Shown: positions 1-16,944 of the stretch, one piece after another
Numbering within the stretch: position 1 is the stretch's first letter
Layout: each line of letters begins with the position of its first letter
From: Eledone cirrhosa
Taxonomy: Eukaryota
Assembly: GCA_964016885.1 (NCBI GenBank)
Contig: OZ024741.1
Coordinates: 127,844,001-127,908,000, forward strand
Length of the DNA stretch: 64,000 bases
Reading direction: 5' to 3'
Position numbers and translations under genes: made by a program
The notes under the pieces: generated by a model
The model's input: the letters and a program-made list of their open reading frames with translations, nothing else
Database searches by the model: none
Told to the model about the DNA's origin: nothing

Positions 1-249
1 CTCTTTCTACGCACACATACACACATACACACATACACACATACACACATACTCACATACATACATACGCAAGCACACACATACATACACATGCACACAC
101 ACACATATATATCTATTTATACACACATCTGTGATAGAAGGTAGGTAGTGCCAAGATCAAAAAGACATTACCTAGACAGAAACTATAAATATTAATTATT
201 AAATATGGGGAATAAATAATTGCCATTTCAGTATAAAATGGTAATGTAG

Positions 250-410
250 GGCAGTGGAATGGCAGAGTCGGTAGAACGTCACACAAATGAACAGCAATAT
301 TTCTTCCGGCTCTTTGCGTTTTGAGTTCAACTTCACTTTTCATCCTCATCGGAGTCGATGAAATAAAGTAAAGTAACTGTTTAAAAATACTCACAGCGAG
401 ACTTATCTAT
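250..410 (+). mobile_element. Degenerate tRNA-derived SINE (Nin/Deu-domain type)
   Basis: A-box-like tggcagagtcggtag, B-box-like gagttcaac, then ttttcatcctcatcggagtcgatgaaataaagta, homologous to better-preserved copies at 48032-48240 and 49898-50045. Confidence 0.7.
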
Positions 411-440
411 ATTTACTGTATATAGACGTATTGTACATGC

Positions 441-505
<65 letters not shown>

Positions 506-513
506 TACACGCA

Positions 514-592
<79 letters not shown>

Positions 593-884
593 TATGTATG
601 TATAAATATATACATATATATGTATGTATATACATATATATGTATAAATATATATATATATGTATGTATGAATGCATATATATATATATATATGTATTTA
701 GGTGTGTATACACAAACTCACACATACACACATATATATATATATACATATAAATATATATAAATATATATATGTACATATATACATACATATATATATA
801 TATATATATATTGTATGTATGTAAATAAGTATGTGTGTATATATATATATATATATGTATATTGTATGTATATTGTATGTATAT

Positions 885-977
<93 letters not shown>

Positions 978-980
978 TAT

Positions 981-1259
981 AGTATTTACGTATCGAGAAA
1001 GAGGAAAAAAAGGGGGGGATAGGTGATACATATAGTTATTTGCCAAGTAGCGTATGCCAAAGGTGCTCGATACTAGTGCCGGCAGTATTAAATATTCGAA
1101 GTGTTAATATATAGTGGGCTAGAGAGTTAGCAGAGCGTAAGCACGTGGGAAAGTAAAAAAAAAATCGGAGAATAGACCGTTAAAACATGTTTATTTAAAA
1201 CAGCTGTTTTAAATAAACATGTTTTAACGGTCTATTCTCCGATTTTTTACTTTCCCACG

Positions 1260-1260
<1 letters not shown>
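981..1260 (-). mobile_element. Short fold-back element, probable Penelope pLTR remnant between (TA)n tracts
   Basis: Near-perfect palindrome 1143-1260 centred on CAGCTG (1201-1206), with ~160 bp unpaired extension on the left; flanked by (TA)n. Confidence 0.55.
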
Positions 1261-1299
<39 letters not shown>

Positions 1300-1310
<11 letters not shown>

Positions 1311-1766
1311 CGAGGATGTGTGTGTGTCTGTGGACAACTTTGGACACCTAAGGCTTTTACAATTCCCAACCGAATTTGACCAAATTTTCTGTGCACGTTA
1401 CACCTGTCGCTAAGATGGTCACATCTTCAAATTGACCCACGTTAAGCAATAAAAAATCGATAGGAAAATTATTTTTTCTAAAGTGCATGATTTAAGGTAG
1501 AAATCAATCAAAACAAAATCCTTATGGGACTTTCCATTCAAACTGCTGGGACCTACAACTTTTCAGCTGTAGCTTGCACATTTTTTGTCACCCGCGACAA
1601 AATTGTAGGTGTTTATTCTCTGCACTACAAGGCTCTTAAGCGAGCTGCCTGTGTCAGCAAACTCATAAAAACTAAATCCTTATGGGATTTTCCATTCAAT
1701 TTACTTCCTAGCTGTATATTCTTAGCATAATTTCAAACCCCGGGCAACGCCGGGTATATCTGCTAG
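1300..1766 (+). mobile_element. Non-autonomous Helitron
   Basis: Begins TATAAAAG+(TG)n, ends with GC hairpin cccgggcaacgccggg (1739-1754) followed by CTAG|T (1763-1766); similar ends in reverse at 42195-43155. Confidence 0.75.
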
Positions 1767-1847
<81 letters not shown>

Positions 1848-2183
1848 TTTACATACATACAATAATACTTATGTCAGAGTGTGTTTAAAAATAAGTAAGA
1901 ATGTGTAAACCATTTTCCATTTTGTGTTCGAAGGTCGAGAATTCAGGTAGTGGAGAGATAAATATGAACAGTTTGGCAGAAAGGCTGGGGCGGTTTGGTA
2001 GGTGTCTGGGTACTTGTTTTGACGTGCATATTAGCTTGATATGAGAGTGGGGTAGTGCCAGTAGGAAGGAAGCTACCAGATTCGTAAAATAGTTGTTGTT
2101 ATTGTTTGTAATGTAATTTTTATTATTATTATTATCAGTAGTAGAATTCTTTTGTGTATTTTATATATAAAATAAGGGCGCTG

Positions 2184-2740
2184 GTGTTGGTGGTGGTGGT
2201 GGTGGTGCTGGTGGTGGTTATAATAGTAGAGGTGCTGATGGAGACGGCGGTGGTAGTGATGAAGGTGGTAGTGGTGATGATGGAGGTGGTGATGGTAATG
2301 ATAGTGGAGGTGGTGGAGTGGTGGTGGTGATAATGGAGGTGGTGGTGGTGTTGGTGGAGTGGAGGTGGTGGAGTGGAGGTGGTGATAATGTAGGTGATGG
2401 CGGTGGTAGTAATAGCGGAGGTGGTAGTGGTGGTGGTGGTAATTGAGGCGGTGGTGGTGATGATAGAGATGCAGTTCGTGGTGGTAATGAATATATTTTG
2501 TAGTGGTGGTGGTGGTGGTCGTAGCGGTAGAGGTGGTGGATGAGGTGAGGGAGGTGGAGAAGCAGGTGGTAGTGGAGGTGAGGGTGGTGATTGAGTTAGA
2601 TGTGGTGGTGATGGTGATGGAAGTGGTGAAGGGCTGAAGGCAGAATAGGTGTTGAAATGAAGCTCTTTCCAGGATATGATTGCCGATGGCGACGACGAGG
2701 GAGATGGTGGTGGTGGTGGTGGTGGTGAGTAGTGATGGCA
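2184..2740. repeat. Degenerate (GGT/TGG)n trinucleotide low-complexity tract
   Basis: Directly visible; source of spurious His/Thr/Pro ORFs. Confidence 0.9.
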
Positions 2741-3068
2741 GCATTCAGTGGGTGGTTTTGAACCTGTTATCAGTGGCATGATATCTCTGTGGCACCGGAA
2801 TGTCAGAAATGGTGAAAGCCATATTTTGGCACGATGGAAAAGAAACAACAAATGCAATAATGCAACTAGAAGAAAGAAAGAAAGAAAACAACGTACACAC
2901 TCAGTTAATATATGTACACACACATGTGGGCATTTAAATACACATACATACACACACTTGTATATATGTGTGTGTTGATGCCCATCTTTTTCCGTTCAGT
3001 GGGTTTATACGCCCCGTTATCATTAGACTATTTTATTTAGTCACAGTTACGGCGAAATCTTCTAATTC

Positions 3069-3194
<126 letters not shown>

Positions 3195-3203
3195 CATATA
3201 CAT

Positions 3204-4310
<1,107 letters not shown>

Positions 4311-4434
4311 GGAAAAAATGAAACGAAATTTCATTTCCCACTCTTAGTGCGGCTGTTACTTAAATATAAGTATGTACAAGCCGTTAATATGCATAAGGTA
4401 AGTATATACGTTCAACAATCTGGCAGGAAGGTAT

Positions 4435-4477
4435 ACGTTGCTGACGATAGCTAATAAGCTTGAAACTAGTACAGCGT
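4435..4477 (+). ncRNA. Minimal type I hammerhead ribozyme (orphan pLTR fragment 4308-4590)
   Basis: stem I acgttg/cagcgt; CTGACGA; stem II agc/gct; GAAA-CTAG-TA with palindromic stem III. Confidence 0.8.
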
Positions 4478-4680
4478 TCCTTTGTCAGTGTTGAGCAAAC
4501 GAGCAACGATGGTTGCTGGACACTACGGCTTAATACGGGATGTTTGTTTACAAACACACCGAGCATTATAATAAATGTTCGGTGAATCCATACGTACATA
4601 TATGTATATGTGTGCGTGTATGTATATATATATACATACTACTGTACGTCTGTATACATATATGTATGTACGTGTACATA

Positions 4681-4756
<76 letters not shown>

Positions 4757-4760
<4 letters not shown>

Positions 4761-7421
4761 GCAGTATTAGTTGTAGATGTTATCGCCACTTTAGCAGGGT
4801 GGTAGAATCAGTGGTCGTTAGTTGCCAGTGTGGTAAGTGATAGTATCCTCGTTGGATTATCTGGTTGACATAGACGTGAGGGAAGGTCCCTCGATCTATT
4901 TACCATCTATTTACAATATTCCTTTCGTCAGGTCGCCAATTCCAGCAGCATGGATTAAAGATGTCATTGAGACACGAGTAACATAACAACGACTTCAACT
5001 GCAGTAATTAGAGATGAAATGTTTGTTCATTTATATGGTTGAAGTTACAGATAAAAAGAGGTTACAAAAGAGAATGTGCCATTGCGCCGTTAAGCCGGCG
5101 AGGCTAGTGGTGCAATATCTCACTGTTACATTATGCGTGTTGCTGGCTTGAAATTTCCGGTACCAGCTAGAGATTCTTCAAATCTTCGCGGGGAATTTCT
5201 TCTTCAGGGCGCGTAGGAATACACCCTCTTCTACTGGCGCTGATTGGCTGAACTGAGCCAAATCACGCACAGAGAATGTATGTGAGCCCGCGGAATGTAG
5301 GTCACTACATCACCTCCCACCAGATTTTCAACCGAAAATCGATAACGAAGAAACCAAGGACTCACATATTAAATCAGCAAGAACAAATGCTGAAAGAGCA
5401 CATCAGTGAAAAAAATAATTGAGCAGAAGGTTGCATGCAAGAACAAAAAATGAGGCGCTACGGGCCGTGTTGAGCCGCTGTGTCAAATGACCAGTTGTTT
5501 TGTTGTTTATACGTGACCGCCAAAGGTCTAACAAAAAACGGATAAAGTCTGACATGGGCGAAGTTGCTGTTCTTGCATTAAATGTTAATGGTAAGCGTTG
5601 TACCAGTAGCTGTGAACGAAGCTATTATGGTAGTTTACCAGTGCTGGCCCCCAGATGTATTGTCGAATGTGCTGTGGAGCCAGGAAAAAATGGCTGGTTG
5701 CTTTGTAAAGAACAAAAGGCAAGTTTAATCTGTAGGTGGGTTGCAGTGTAAATTCCATAATTCGGGCGAATCCACAGAAGTGGGTGAAATATTGACAAAT
5801 CCAGTTCAATTTGTTGCCTTCCCAGCGAGTCGGGCAAAAACAACAAGACGGATGGTCGTCATGGACGATCAGTGTGCAACGAGATGCGAAGCTGTTTGAG
5901 TTCAGCGGCAATTAGTATTCTCGTGTTGCGGTGACTGTTTGAATCCAGTGGATTAAGCTCTGTGAGCTGCCAGCATCTCAACCAGGTGAAAAGGGACTCG
6001 CAGAATATTACGTTTGAAGAACATATACCAAGAACAACATGTTGGTGTGTGATAAAAAAAATGTGTGCATATGCAGGCATGTAAAACAGCAAAGAATGTG
6101 AATGAACAAAAACCATGAGCAAGCAAATAGCAAAAGAGCACAAAACAAGTAAATGCATTCTACAAAGAAATATGTGAACGTAACAAACTGATAATTCAAA
6201 GTCAATCTAGGGGAGCAGAGAAATTGCTCAATAAGTTCAAAGTTTTTCAAAGTCAAATAGTTCACACATCACCAGTGTACAGACACTAGTTCTATCTGAA
6301 AACTGAAAAAGAAGTTTGTTAATGCCGTTAGGGGTTAGATGTATGGTGTTTTTGTGAGATTTCGTGGCCATCTTACCGTCCCGCCACACGGTAGTGTTGC
6401 TTATTGTTAAAGTAATGTCAAAGAATCTTCTGTAGAGTAGGAGTCACCAAATATGGCAGTCACGTCTGACGCCATAATGGTGAGAAAACTACTGTCTCAA
6501 TTTCTCGCGTCCCTGTGGTAACGAGACAGAAGGTATGGTGGTTGCGTCGGTAAAGTTACAAGCCGTTTTGAAATTTCCGATGTGTGGTGGTTGGCGTTGG
6601 TAAGGTTATGAAGCTGCCACTCACTGTTCCCTGTATTGGTCAGTGGTTAAACAACGCTGTCGCTGCTGCTGTCATTGTTGTTGTCAAGTGTAGCCATGAC
6701 ATGTCGGTAGCCATCTTGAAATTTTTTCGTGGCGAAAAAGTTTTTGAAATACTGCTAATTTTTCAAAAATCTTAAAAGGCATTTTTTAATTTTCGCAAGT
6801 TGCGACGTGGCAATAAAAGTTAAACTGAATGAATAAGAAGGGCTGCGTGATATTCTTACGTCGGTCACCACTTTAGCAGTATTAGTTGTAGATGTTATCG
6901 CCACTTTAGCAGGGTGGTAGAATCAGTGGTCGTTAGTTGCCAGTGTGGTAAGTGATAGTATCCTCGTTGGATTATCTGGTTGACATAGACGTGAGGGAAG
7001 GTCCCTCGATCTATTTACCATCTATTTACAATATTCCTTTCGTCAGGTCGCCAATTCCAGCAGCATGGATTAAAGATGTCATTGAGACACGAGTAACATA
7101 ACAACGACTTCAACCGCAGTAATTAGAGATGAAATGTTTGTTTATTTATATGGTTGAAGTTACAGATAAAAAGAGGTTACAAAAGAGAATGTGCCATTGC
7201 GCCGTTAAGCCGGCGAGGCTAGTGGTGCAATATCTCACTGTTACATTATGCGTGTTGCTGGCTTGAAATTTCCGGTACCAGCTAGAGATTCTTCAAATCT
7301 TCGCGGGGAATTTCTTCCTCAGGGCGCGTAGGAATACATCCTCTTCTACTGGCGCTGATTGGCTGAACTGAGCCAAATCACGCACAGAGAATGTATGTGA
7401 GCCCGCGGAATGTAGGTCACT

Positions 7422-7424
<3 letters not shown>
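4757..7424 (-). mobile_element. Non-autonomous LTR retrotransposon (Gypsy-like cis signals)
   Basis: 553-bp direct repeats 4757-5309 and 6872-7424 with ~4 substitutions by eye; on minus strand LTR starts TGTAG, PBS-like TGGTGACCGACGT follows the 5' LTR (6858-6870), purine-rich TGGTGGGAGGTGA precedes the 3' LTR (5310-5322); no convincing gag/pol. Confidence 0.85.
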
Positions 7425-7480
<56 letters not shown>

Positions 7481-7481
<1 letters not shown>

Positions 7482-7560
7482 AGAGGCGTAACTAGGGTAT
7501 GGCAAGCATGGCACGTGCCATGGAGACCACATGAAGGGGGCGCCACATGGACTAGGAGCA
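7481..7560 (+). mobile_element. Possible hAT-type DNA transposon terminus
   Basis: CAGAGGCGTAACTAGGG start directly after (TA)n; partner TIR not found. Confidence 0.35.
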
Positions 7561-7679
7561 TGTTCTATTAAAGTGAAATAAACCTCGTCGGAGAGTGAAA
7601 AAAGAAACTCCTTCAGATGTCTGATCTGTCTCTCACTATGGTGGCTGGATCATTAAACCATTTATATAAATTATTAGGT

Positions 7680-7720
<41 letters not shown>

Positions 7721-7824
7721 AAAAAGTCAGGCACTAACTATTTACAATACATACACTCTATTTTCCGAAGTATCGAGTACTTAGCTGAATATGGTCTTAC
7801 TAGTCTAAACTGGAAACTCCACCT

Positions 7825-7956
<132 letters not shown>

Positions 7957-8092
7957 ATTAACGAAGATTGTCGATATTAAGTCAACGGTCCCCGGCCAAC
8001 GTCTAGCTCACTCAATAATTCTGCCAAGTTGCAGAAATGCAACTGCAACCAATAGTTCAGAGTGCACATATTTTAGTTAATACCGCAAATCA

Positions 8093-9645
8093 AGGAAGTC
8101 GGCACCTTACTGAAGGAATACGAAAGGTTCACAGGAGCGAAGCTGAACCGGGACAAGTCCATCGGTTTGCAACTCGGATCGTGGAGAGGCAAACCGATGC
8201 CTTCCGATGGCGTCGTCGGACGCTGGACGGAAGGACCGGTGAAGCTGCTCGGAGTCTGGTTTGGTCCGGACCTCCAGGTGGAGAAGAACTGGAACGAGGT
8301 GACGGCCAAGGTGTTTGCACTCACCTAGAAGTGGGCCGAGTGCAAACTATCCTTGAAAGGTCGAGCGGAGGTGGCGAACACTTTTATAGCGTCCGTCATC
8401 TACTACCGCTTGAAGGTCGTGCATTGTCCAGTCAAAACGATCACCAAAATGGAGCGCGCGCTCTTCCAATTCCTTTGGAAGAAGCGGGCTCCTTTGGTGA
8501 GAAGATCCATCTGCTGCCAACACCCTTCCAACGGAGGGCTGGGGATGCCGTGACTGACGATGCGCAAACACGCGTTCAGGCTGCGGCATCTCCACGTATT
8601 CCCCACCGGACAACCGGTGTGGGCCCCGTTCGTGAGGCGAGCCTTCCCACGGCTCGAGCTGCAGTCCTGGGTCAAGCAAAGACCGAGGAAAATGGGCGAC
8701 TGGCACATCGAATGTGCTCAGGCGCTCACAGCCCTCTGGCAGGCGGACTCGGAGATCAGTGGAGACTCCACTTCGTCATTCTATAGAGGGTTGGTCCGCA
8801 GCAAGTGCGACGACGCGTCTAGGCGTAGAGGAAGGCGAACTGGTCAGTCTGTTCGGCAGGACCTTCCACCCGGGACCGATGGACAACTTCCAAAAGTCCC
8901 TGGCCTGGCAGTGCTATCGAGGAGCTCTACCAGTTCGAGACAAGCTCTACAGACATGGGTGTCCGGGCTGGGACCCTTCGAAAAAGATCTGTCCGAGATG
9001 CGTGCGAGACGAAGAAACCGTCGCGCACGCATTCGTACACTTCCCGGGCGTTACCAACCCGTGGGGCTCTGTAGAACGACTATTTTCGCGGGTGGGACCA
9101 ATCCGGTTAACCACCGAGTCCATTGTCATGATCAAACCGCCACCCACCTTCAAAATCGAAGGAGAGGCGGTTTTCCTTTGTGTGATAGCTATGGCGAAAG
9201 AGGTTGTATGGTGGACGAGGTTAAAAGGGCTGAGGTCAGACACCTTTCTCTCCGGCCAACAACTGATTCTTTTTTTCAAATACCACTTTGGAAGAAGAAT
9301 CAGGATGGAGAGAGAGGTGCTGTACCCCAGCAAGTTTTATGAAAGGTGGGTGAAAGTGGCGAGAATGGCCCGAGTGAATGGGCCTTCTCTCTATATCAGC
9401 CTGTAGGTTGAGGAAAAAGAGGAAGAGAGGCAAGGGGTACTCACTCTTCGTACTGCTGGAGATGAGGGTTGCACATTTTTTCGGGGGTATGTGTTACCCA
9501 TATGTAATGTTTCCCCCTATTGGGGAAAATCGATTAATTTTAAAATTGCATTTGTGATAGTATTTTACACGTTTTTATTGTATGTAAACTTCCCCCTTTG
9601 TATCTGTCCCCTTCTTTTGTGCCCCTGTGGCTAATAAAGAAACAT
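8093..9645 (+). pseudogene. 5'-truncated L1/Tx1-clade LINE: RT C-terminal region, zf-RVT, 3' UTR
   Basis: YERFTGAKLNRDKS...VKLLGVWFG, LSLKGRAEVANTFIAS, HPSNGGLGMP, CPRCVRDEETVAHAFVH; in-frame stops (8326, 8551) and frameshifts; AATAAA near 9633 before (CTAT)/(CTGT) tail; GC-rich relative to surroundings. Confidence 0.9.
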
Positions 9646-9697
9646 ATCTATCTACCCATCTATCTGTTTCTCTGTCTGTCTGTCTGTCTGTCTGTCT

Positions 9698-11900
<2,203 letters not shown>

Positions 11901-11940
11901 CCTCAGCCGGATGGCTGAAACAGGTAAAAGAGTAAATACA

Positions 11941-12397
11941 TATTGTTATATTTAGGGACCGTCATATTGTTATAATATTGCCAGAAATAATAATAAAACA
12001 CACTCACTGTTTATCATTGATTAAAAATATAGATATAAATATATGTATATAGTCTATCAAATTTCTTCTATCACACACCTGTGACATCATCAGTGGTACT
12101 ATTATGTTTCCTCCCGTTGTATTATAATGTCTTTGATAGACTATATATATTTATAGTGTATATATTTATATCTATATTTTTAACTGTTGGTCAATCAATG
12201 ATAAACATTGATTGCCTGCTAAATTAACTATAGGGATATGAAATATACAGAAGTGAAAACCAACCAAAACCAAACAGTGAGTGTGTTCTGTTACTATTTC
12301 TGGCAATATTATAACAATAAGACCCGTCCCAAATATAACAATAGTTGTTTCAACACACGATTTCATATCAAAACCTTGCAAAACAAATTCACCGCCG
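11941..12397 (+). mobile_element. Penelope pLTR fold-back remnant, relative of family A
   Basis: 11941-12012 inverted to 12273-12343; tail cccaaatataacaatagttgtttcaacacacgatttcatatcaaaaccttgcaaaacaaattca resembles the family A tail; degenerate hammerhead on minus ~12050-12095. Confidence 0.65.
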
Positions 12398-12400
12398 TAT

Positions 12401-12477
<77 letters not shown>

Positions 12478-12499
12478 TAAACATGCACGTATATAATGG

Positions 12500-13985
12500 A
12501 TTTCGACGTTTAAGAGGGTGGTTTCCAACAGCTGTTCTTCGTTATCTAATTTTGATGCTTATTAGACTTTAATCCAATCAATGATGTGCAGACTAAACAG
12601 AACTGACACAAGAGAAGAGTGATATATATGATATATAGAGTGTTTGCCGTCTTAGATTGAATCTTCAACTTAGCTCTCAAATTTTTAAGATGATTCAGAC
12701 TGTTTCATAATTTCCAATTGTTTTATAGCAGGTTAACTTCCATTTATTCAATGCAGATTTTTCAAATGATTCTAGAGAAATGTTTGTTACTTTCAGGTTA
12801 GCTATGAGCTTGTCCTCGTGTCTCATCCATGGTCAGCCTATGTTTTGTCTTCCACCTTAAAGCTGACCATACAAGAGAACTTTTAGAATCCTATTTTCAC
12901 CCTTTCTGATGACAATCTATCTTAGTTGGGATTGCAAAAGAAAGGATTCATTACCATTAATTTTACATTTAGAGAATGGGTAAATATTCGAAATTCTATC
13001 ATTTAAGCCGTATCCACAAACGATCTGAAAACATCGCTTATGAAAAACATCAAATTGGTTAATATATAAACGATGAATGTCCCAAGATTCCGATCCCTAC
13101 TTCTACTGGAGAATGTAAAGGACTAGAGCTTGGTAGGCGTTAATTTGTATCCAATGAGACTCCGCGTTCATCTTTCAGGAGGTGACGAAATTTGCCGAAA
13201 ATAATTTTAGTTTTGGCTATTCGGTTGACTAATTCATCATCAAGAGTGGCACTTGAGCTTATTATGTTCATCAGATACGTGAAGGTATTTGCCATCGATG
13301 AGGATGGGAATGATAGGGAGCTGATGGACTCGTTGTTGTTGTATTATACCCCTGATTTTCATGGGGGTAGACCTTGGCCTATTGATGATGTGTGTCTTTT
13401 TAATACTAGTGATGAAAACCGAAAGCTTTACTCGTGCCAGAGATTCGATTGACAAACTCCCGTGCTTCACCAGCAAACAAAACGTCACATATCATTACTA
13501 TTCAGATAAGTGCTTTTGCTTTAAAGCGCTGGTGATTTAAAAGGATACCACAATTAAGTAATTGGTATTGTAGACATGAATCGAGGTCGCCATAAGCATA
13601 GTGCAGGATGATTGAAAATATAAGCGCAAAAAGAGTTGGGGTCGTGTCATAACCTTGTTTTGAGCCGTTCAAACCGTCAAAAGTGTTTGAAAGTTGACCA
13701 TCTAATAAAACAAGCTTTTATTCCGACACGAAAAGAAAATCATAATATTTAGCAGTTTTGCAGGTATACTATTTTTTTAGAACTGCCCAGAGAGCATTTC
13801 TATTGGCAGTGCTGAAATCTTTGGTTAGATCTATAAAAGCCACATGCAGGTCATGATTTTTCTCATGAACCTTCTAAGCAACCCGACGAAATGAAAAATA
13901 TAACGTAAATGGTATCGCGTCCTTATCTGAAACGACATAGTGACACTGGGCAGATGACATCGATAACGTGTTTGATTAGACGGTT
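12500..13985 (-). pseudogene. Highly degenerate RTE-clade LINE reverse transcriptase remnant
   Basis: Minus strand reads FR*GRDT..HDLHVAFIDLTKDFSTANRNALWAVLKK (RT motif with FIDL-KAFD-like core), many stops/frameshifts. Confidence 0.7.
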
Positions 13986-14081
13986 AAAAATTACTTATGC
14001 CAACATTTTGCCGGTTACTACACAGGAGGGAGATTATCTCAGACAACTTATGAAATTCTTGTTTAGATATGTCTGTATAAA

Positions 14082-14130
<49 letters not shown>

Positions 14131-14295
14131 GTATGTGTGTGTGTGTGTGAGTGAGTGTGTGTGTGTATGTGTGTGTATGTGTGTGTATGTGTGTGTGTAC
14201 ATGTGTGTATATATATGTATACATACATAAAAACATATATATATATATAAATATATATATACATATAGACACATATATATGCACACACACACATA

Positions 14296-14380
<85 letters not shown>

Positions 14381-14579
14381 TTATTCATACATACACACAA
14401 ATATATATATTATATATGACTATAAATATGAATATGCGTGTAGCTGTTAGTAAGCAGACACACACACAGTATATCCATAACAATACATTTGATTTTATAG
14501 GTAACGTATATAGCTATGCGTGTATATATATATCTATCTATCTCTATATATATATATGTGTATATATATATGGGTGTAC

Positions 14580-14626
<47 letters not shown>

Positions 14627-14657
14627 GGTATATATATATATATATATATGTATATAC

Positions 14658-14707
<50 letters not shown>

Positions 14708-14724
14708 TATATATATGTATGTAT

Positions 14725-14755
<31 letters not shown>

Positions 14756-14756
14756 G

Positions 14757-14803
<47 letters not shown>

Positions 14804-14809
14804 TATATG

Positions 14810-14851
<42 letters not shown>

Positions 14852-15769
14852 CATATAATACATAAACAATCTTATAGAAACTCTATCTAATACACTTGAT
14901 TCTGTCATGCCAGCCAGCGACAAGTCTAATTTATTACTTCTACTCTACCTATAAAAGTTGTATACGTGCTGATATAACTTATTATACCTTCTCATTACAA
15001 TTCCACGTTTTTGGCCATACTGTCAGTATATTTTCACTTTGTTTGATTACGCACCTATAGCAACGAAAAATGTCCTCGCTATCGTTACACAAAATACAGA
15101 ACACCTATTAAGACAGAGGTATTATTATGCAAGCACAATTGCTCTCGTAAGAAGAATTCTTGAACATTAAACCATGCTATGGATTCAATCCTATTAAGCA
15201 TATTCACATCAAAACTTCCCATCTACACAAGCGCACTAACACGCACGCACACACACACACGAGCGCAGTAAAACATAGACACACTGGCACACACAAACAC
15301 ACGCACACACAAGCGCACTAAGACATAGACATCCACACACACGCAAACGCCCTAACATATAGACAGACAAACATCCACACAAGCACACACACACAAGCGT
15401 ACGTGCATACAAACACATTAACACACACACATACACAAAATCACACTCATACACAGTTACACTAATGCACACACACACACAAATGTCCTAACACGCTGAC
15501 AAACCAACACGCACACATTATCATACAGACAGTCACAAACACACACAAACATACTAAAATACACACACACTCAGGCACATTAACACATTGACACACACGC
15601 ACACTAACCCCCCCCCCCCCACACACACACATACAAACATACAGAAACATACAAAGGAAACGGTCAAACAATGGAGAATGTATTAAAGACTTTGAAACTA
15701 ATAGTAAAACAGTGAATATCAACAGACTTGCTGTTCATAGTGAATGACCAAACAATATAATATATATGA

Positions 15770-15898
<129 letters not shown>

Positions 15899-16094
15899 AC
15901 GTAGAAAGTGTGGTAAGGAACCAGGTGGACCATAACGCAGCAGAGTACTCTATACTTAGGGTAGTAGAGTGGGTAATAGGAAAAGAGTCAGGACCCCGAC
16001 GGCTGAGCTCCGGCCGTTTCGACAGCTAGATCCGAACTAACTGTTTGGATCTAGCTGTCGAAACGGCCGGAGCTCAGTCGTCGGGGTCCTGACT

Positions 16095-16097
<3 letters not shown>
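15899..16097 (-). mobile_element. Short fold-back pLTR-type element
   Basis: ~55-bp-arm near-perfect hairpin 15983-16097 plus unpaired 15899-15982 extension that recurs at 21572-21635; flanked by (TA)n. Confidence 0.65.
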
Positions 16098-16157
<60 letters not shown>

Positions 16158-16944
16158 TATATACTGTATATATATATATACTATATATTCTAAACTGTAT
16201 ATATATATAAACCCGAAGTCAATGTTAACTAGACTAGATTCCGTAAATTTAAATACGACGTCAAACGTAACTTTGTCGAATGTTCATAAAACCAATCTAA
16301 ATCAGGAAACTTTAGCACCTATCGTAAATAACTTATCCAATCCAATTCCTTCTATAAATAATACTAGGTCACTTGTTAATAACTCTGGTAATTTCTCTAA
16401 TCGTAATTGCAATTGCCCTGTTAGAACTAAATGTCCTCTCAGTAACCAATGTCTTGATAAAAATTTAGTGTATGAATGTAAGGTTATAACTGGTACTAAT
16501 TCTTTTACCTATTTTGGTTCCACTTCCACTTCCTTTAAAGCAAGATTTTATAATCACAATTCTTCTTTTAAATAACAACTTACAAGAACTAACACGGCAC
16601 TCTCAGAACTCATATGGTCCTTAAAGGACAAAAATATTAACTACAACATTTCTTAGAGGAAGGTTTGCAACGCCTCTCTGCCTAGCGGAGAAATTTACCA
16701 TTATCTCTAATTTTAATTCTATAATAAATAGACGTACGGACTTATTTTCGCTCTGCATGCATAAATCCCATAGAACTTTCCATAAAGTATACAGCTAATA
16801 TCTTACTACTTAATTAGTTTAAAATCTTCTTTTCTCAAACGCTTTTACAAATCTTTTACAAATATACCCATCTTTCTACCTTATTTCAGTATATTATACA
16901 ATTTACTCATACTATGTCGTTAGCGGTCCTCTTAATTTACCATT

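Noticed and set aside
381-1046. YI/HT/CV/LS/RE-repeat ORFs here and throughout the ORF track
   Set aside because: Translations of (TA)n, (CA)n and (TC)n microsatellites; no coding signal.
2073-2953. His/Thr/Pro-rich proteins (223 and 272 aa)
   Set aside because: Open in several frames because of a degenerate (GGT)n tract; no domain or splice evidence.
5500-5911. gag/protease remnants inside the LTR element
   Set aside because: Only faint resemblance (LFIRDR.., ICQYFTHF); catalytic and knuckle residues absent and candidate frames lie on opposite strands.
8037-9342. 249-aa and 260-aa ORFs as independent genes
   Set aside because: Largely alternative frames of the GC-rich, frameshifted L1/Tx1 remnant.
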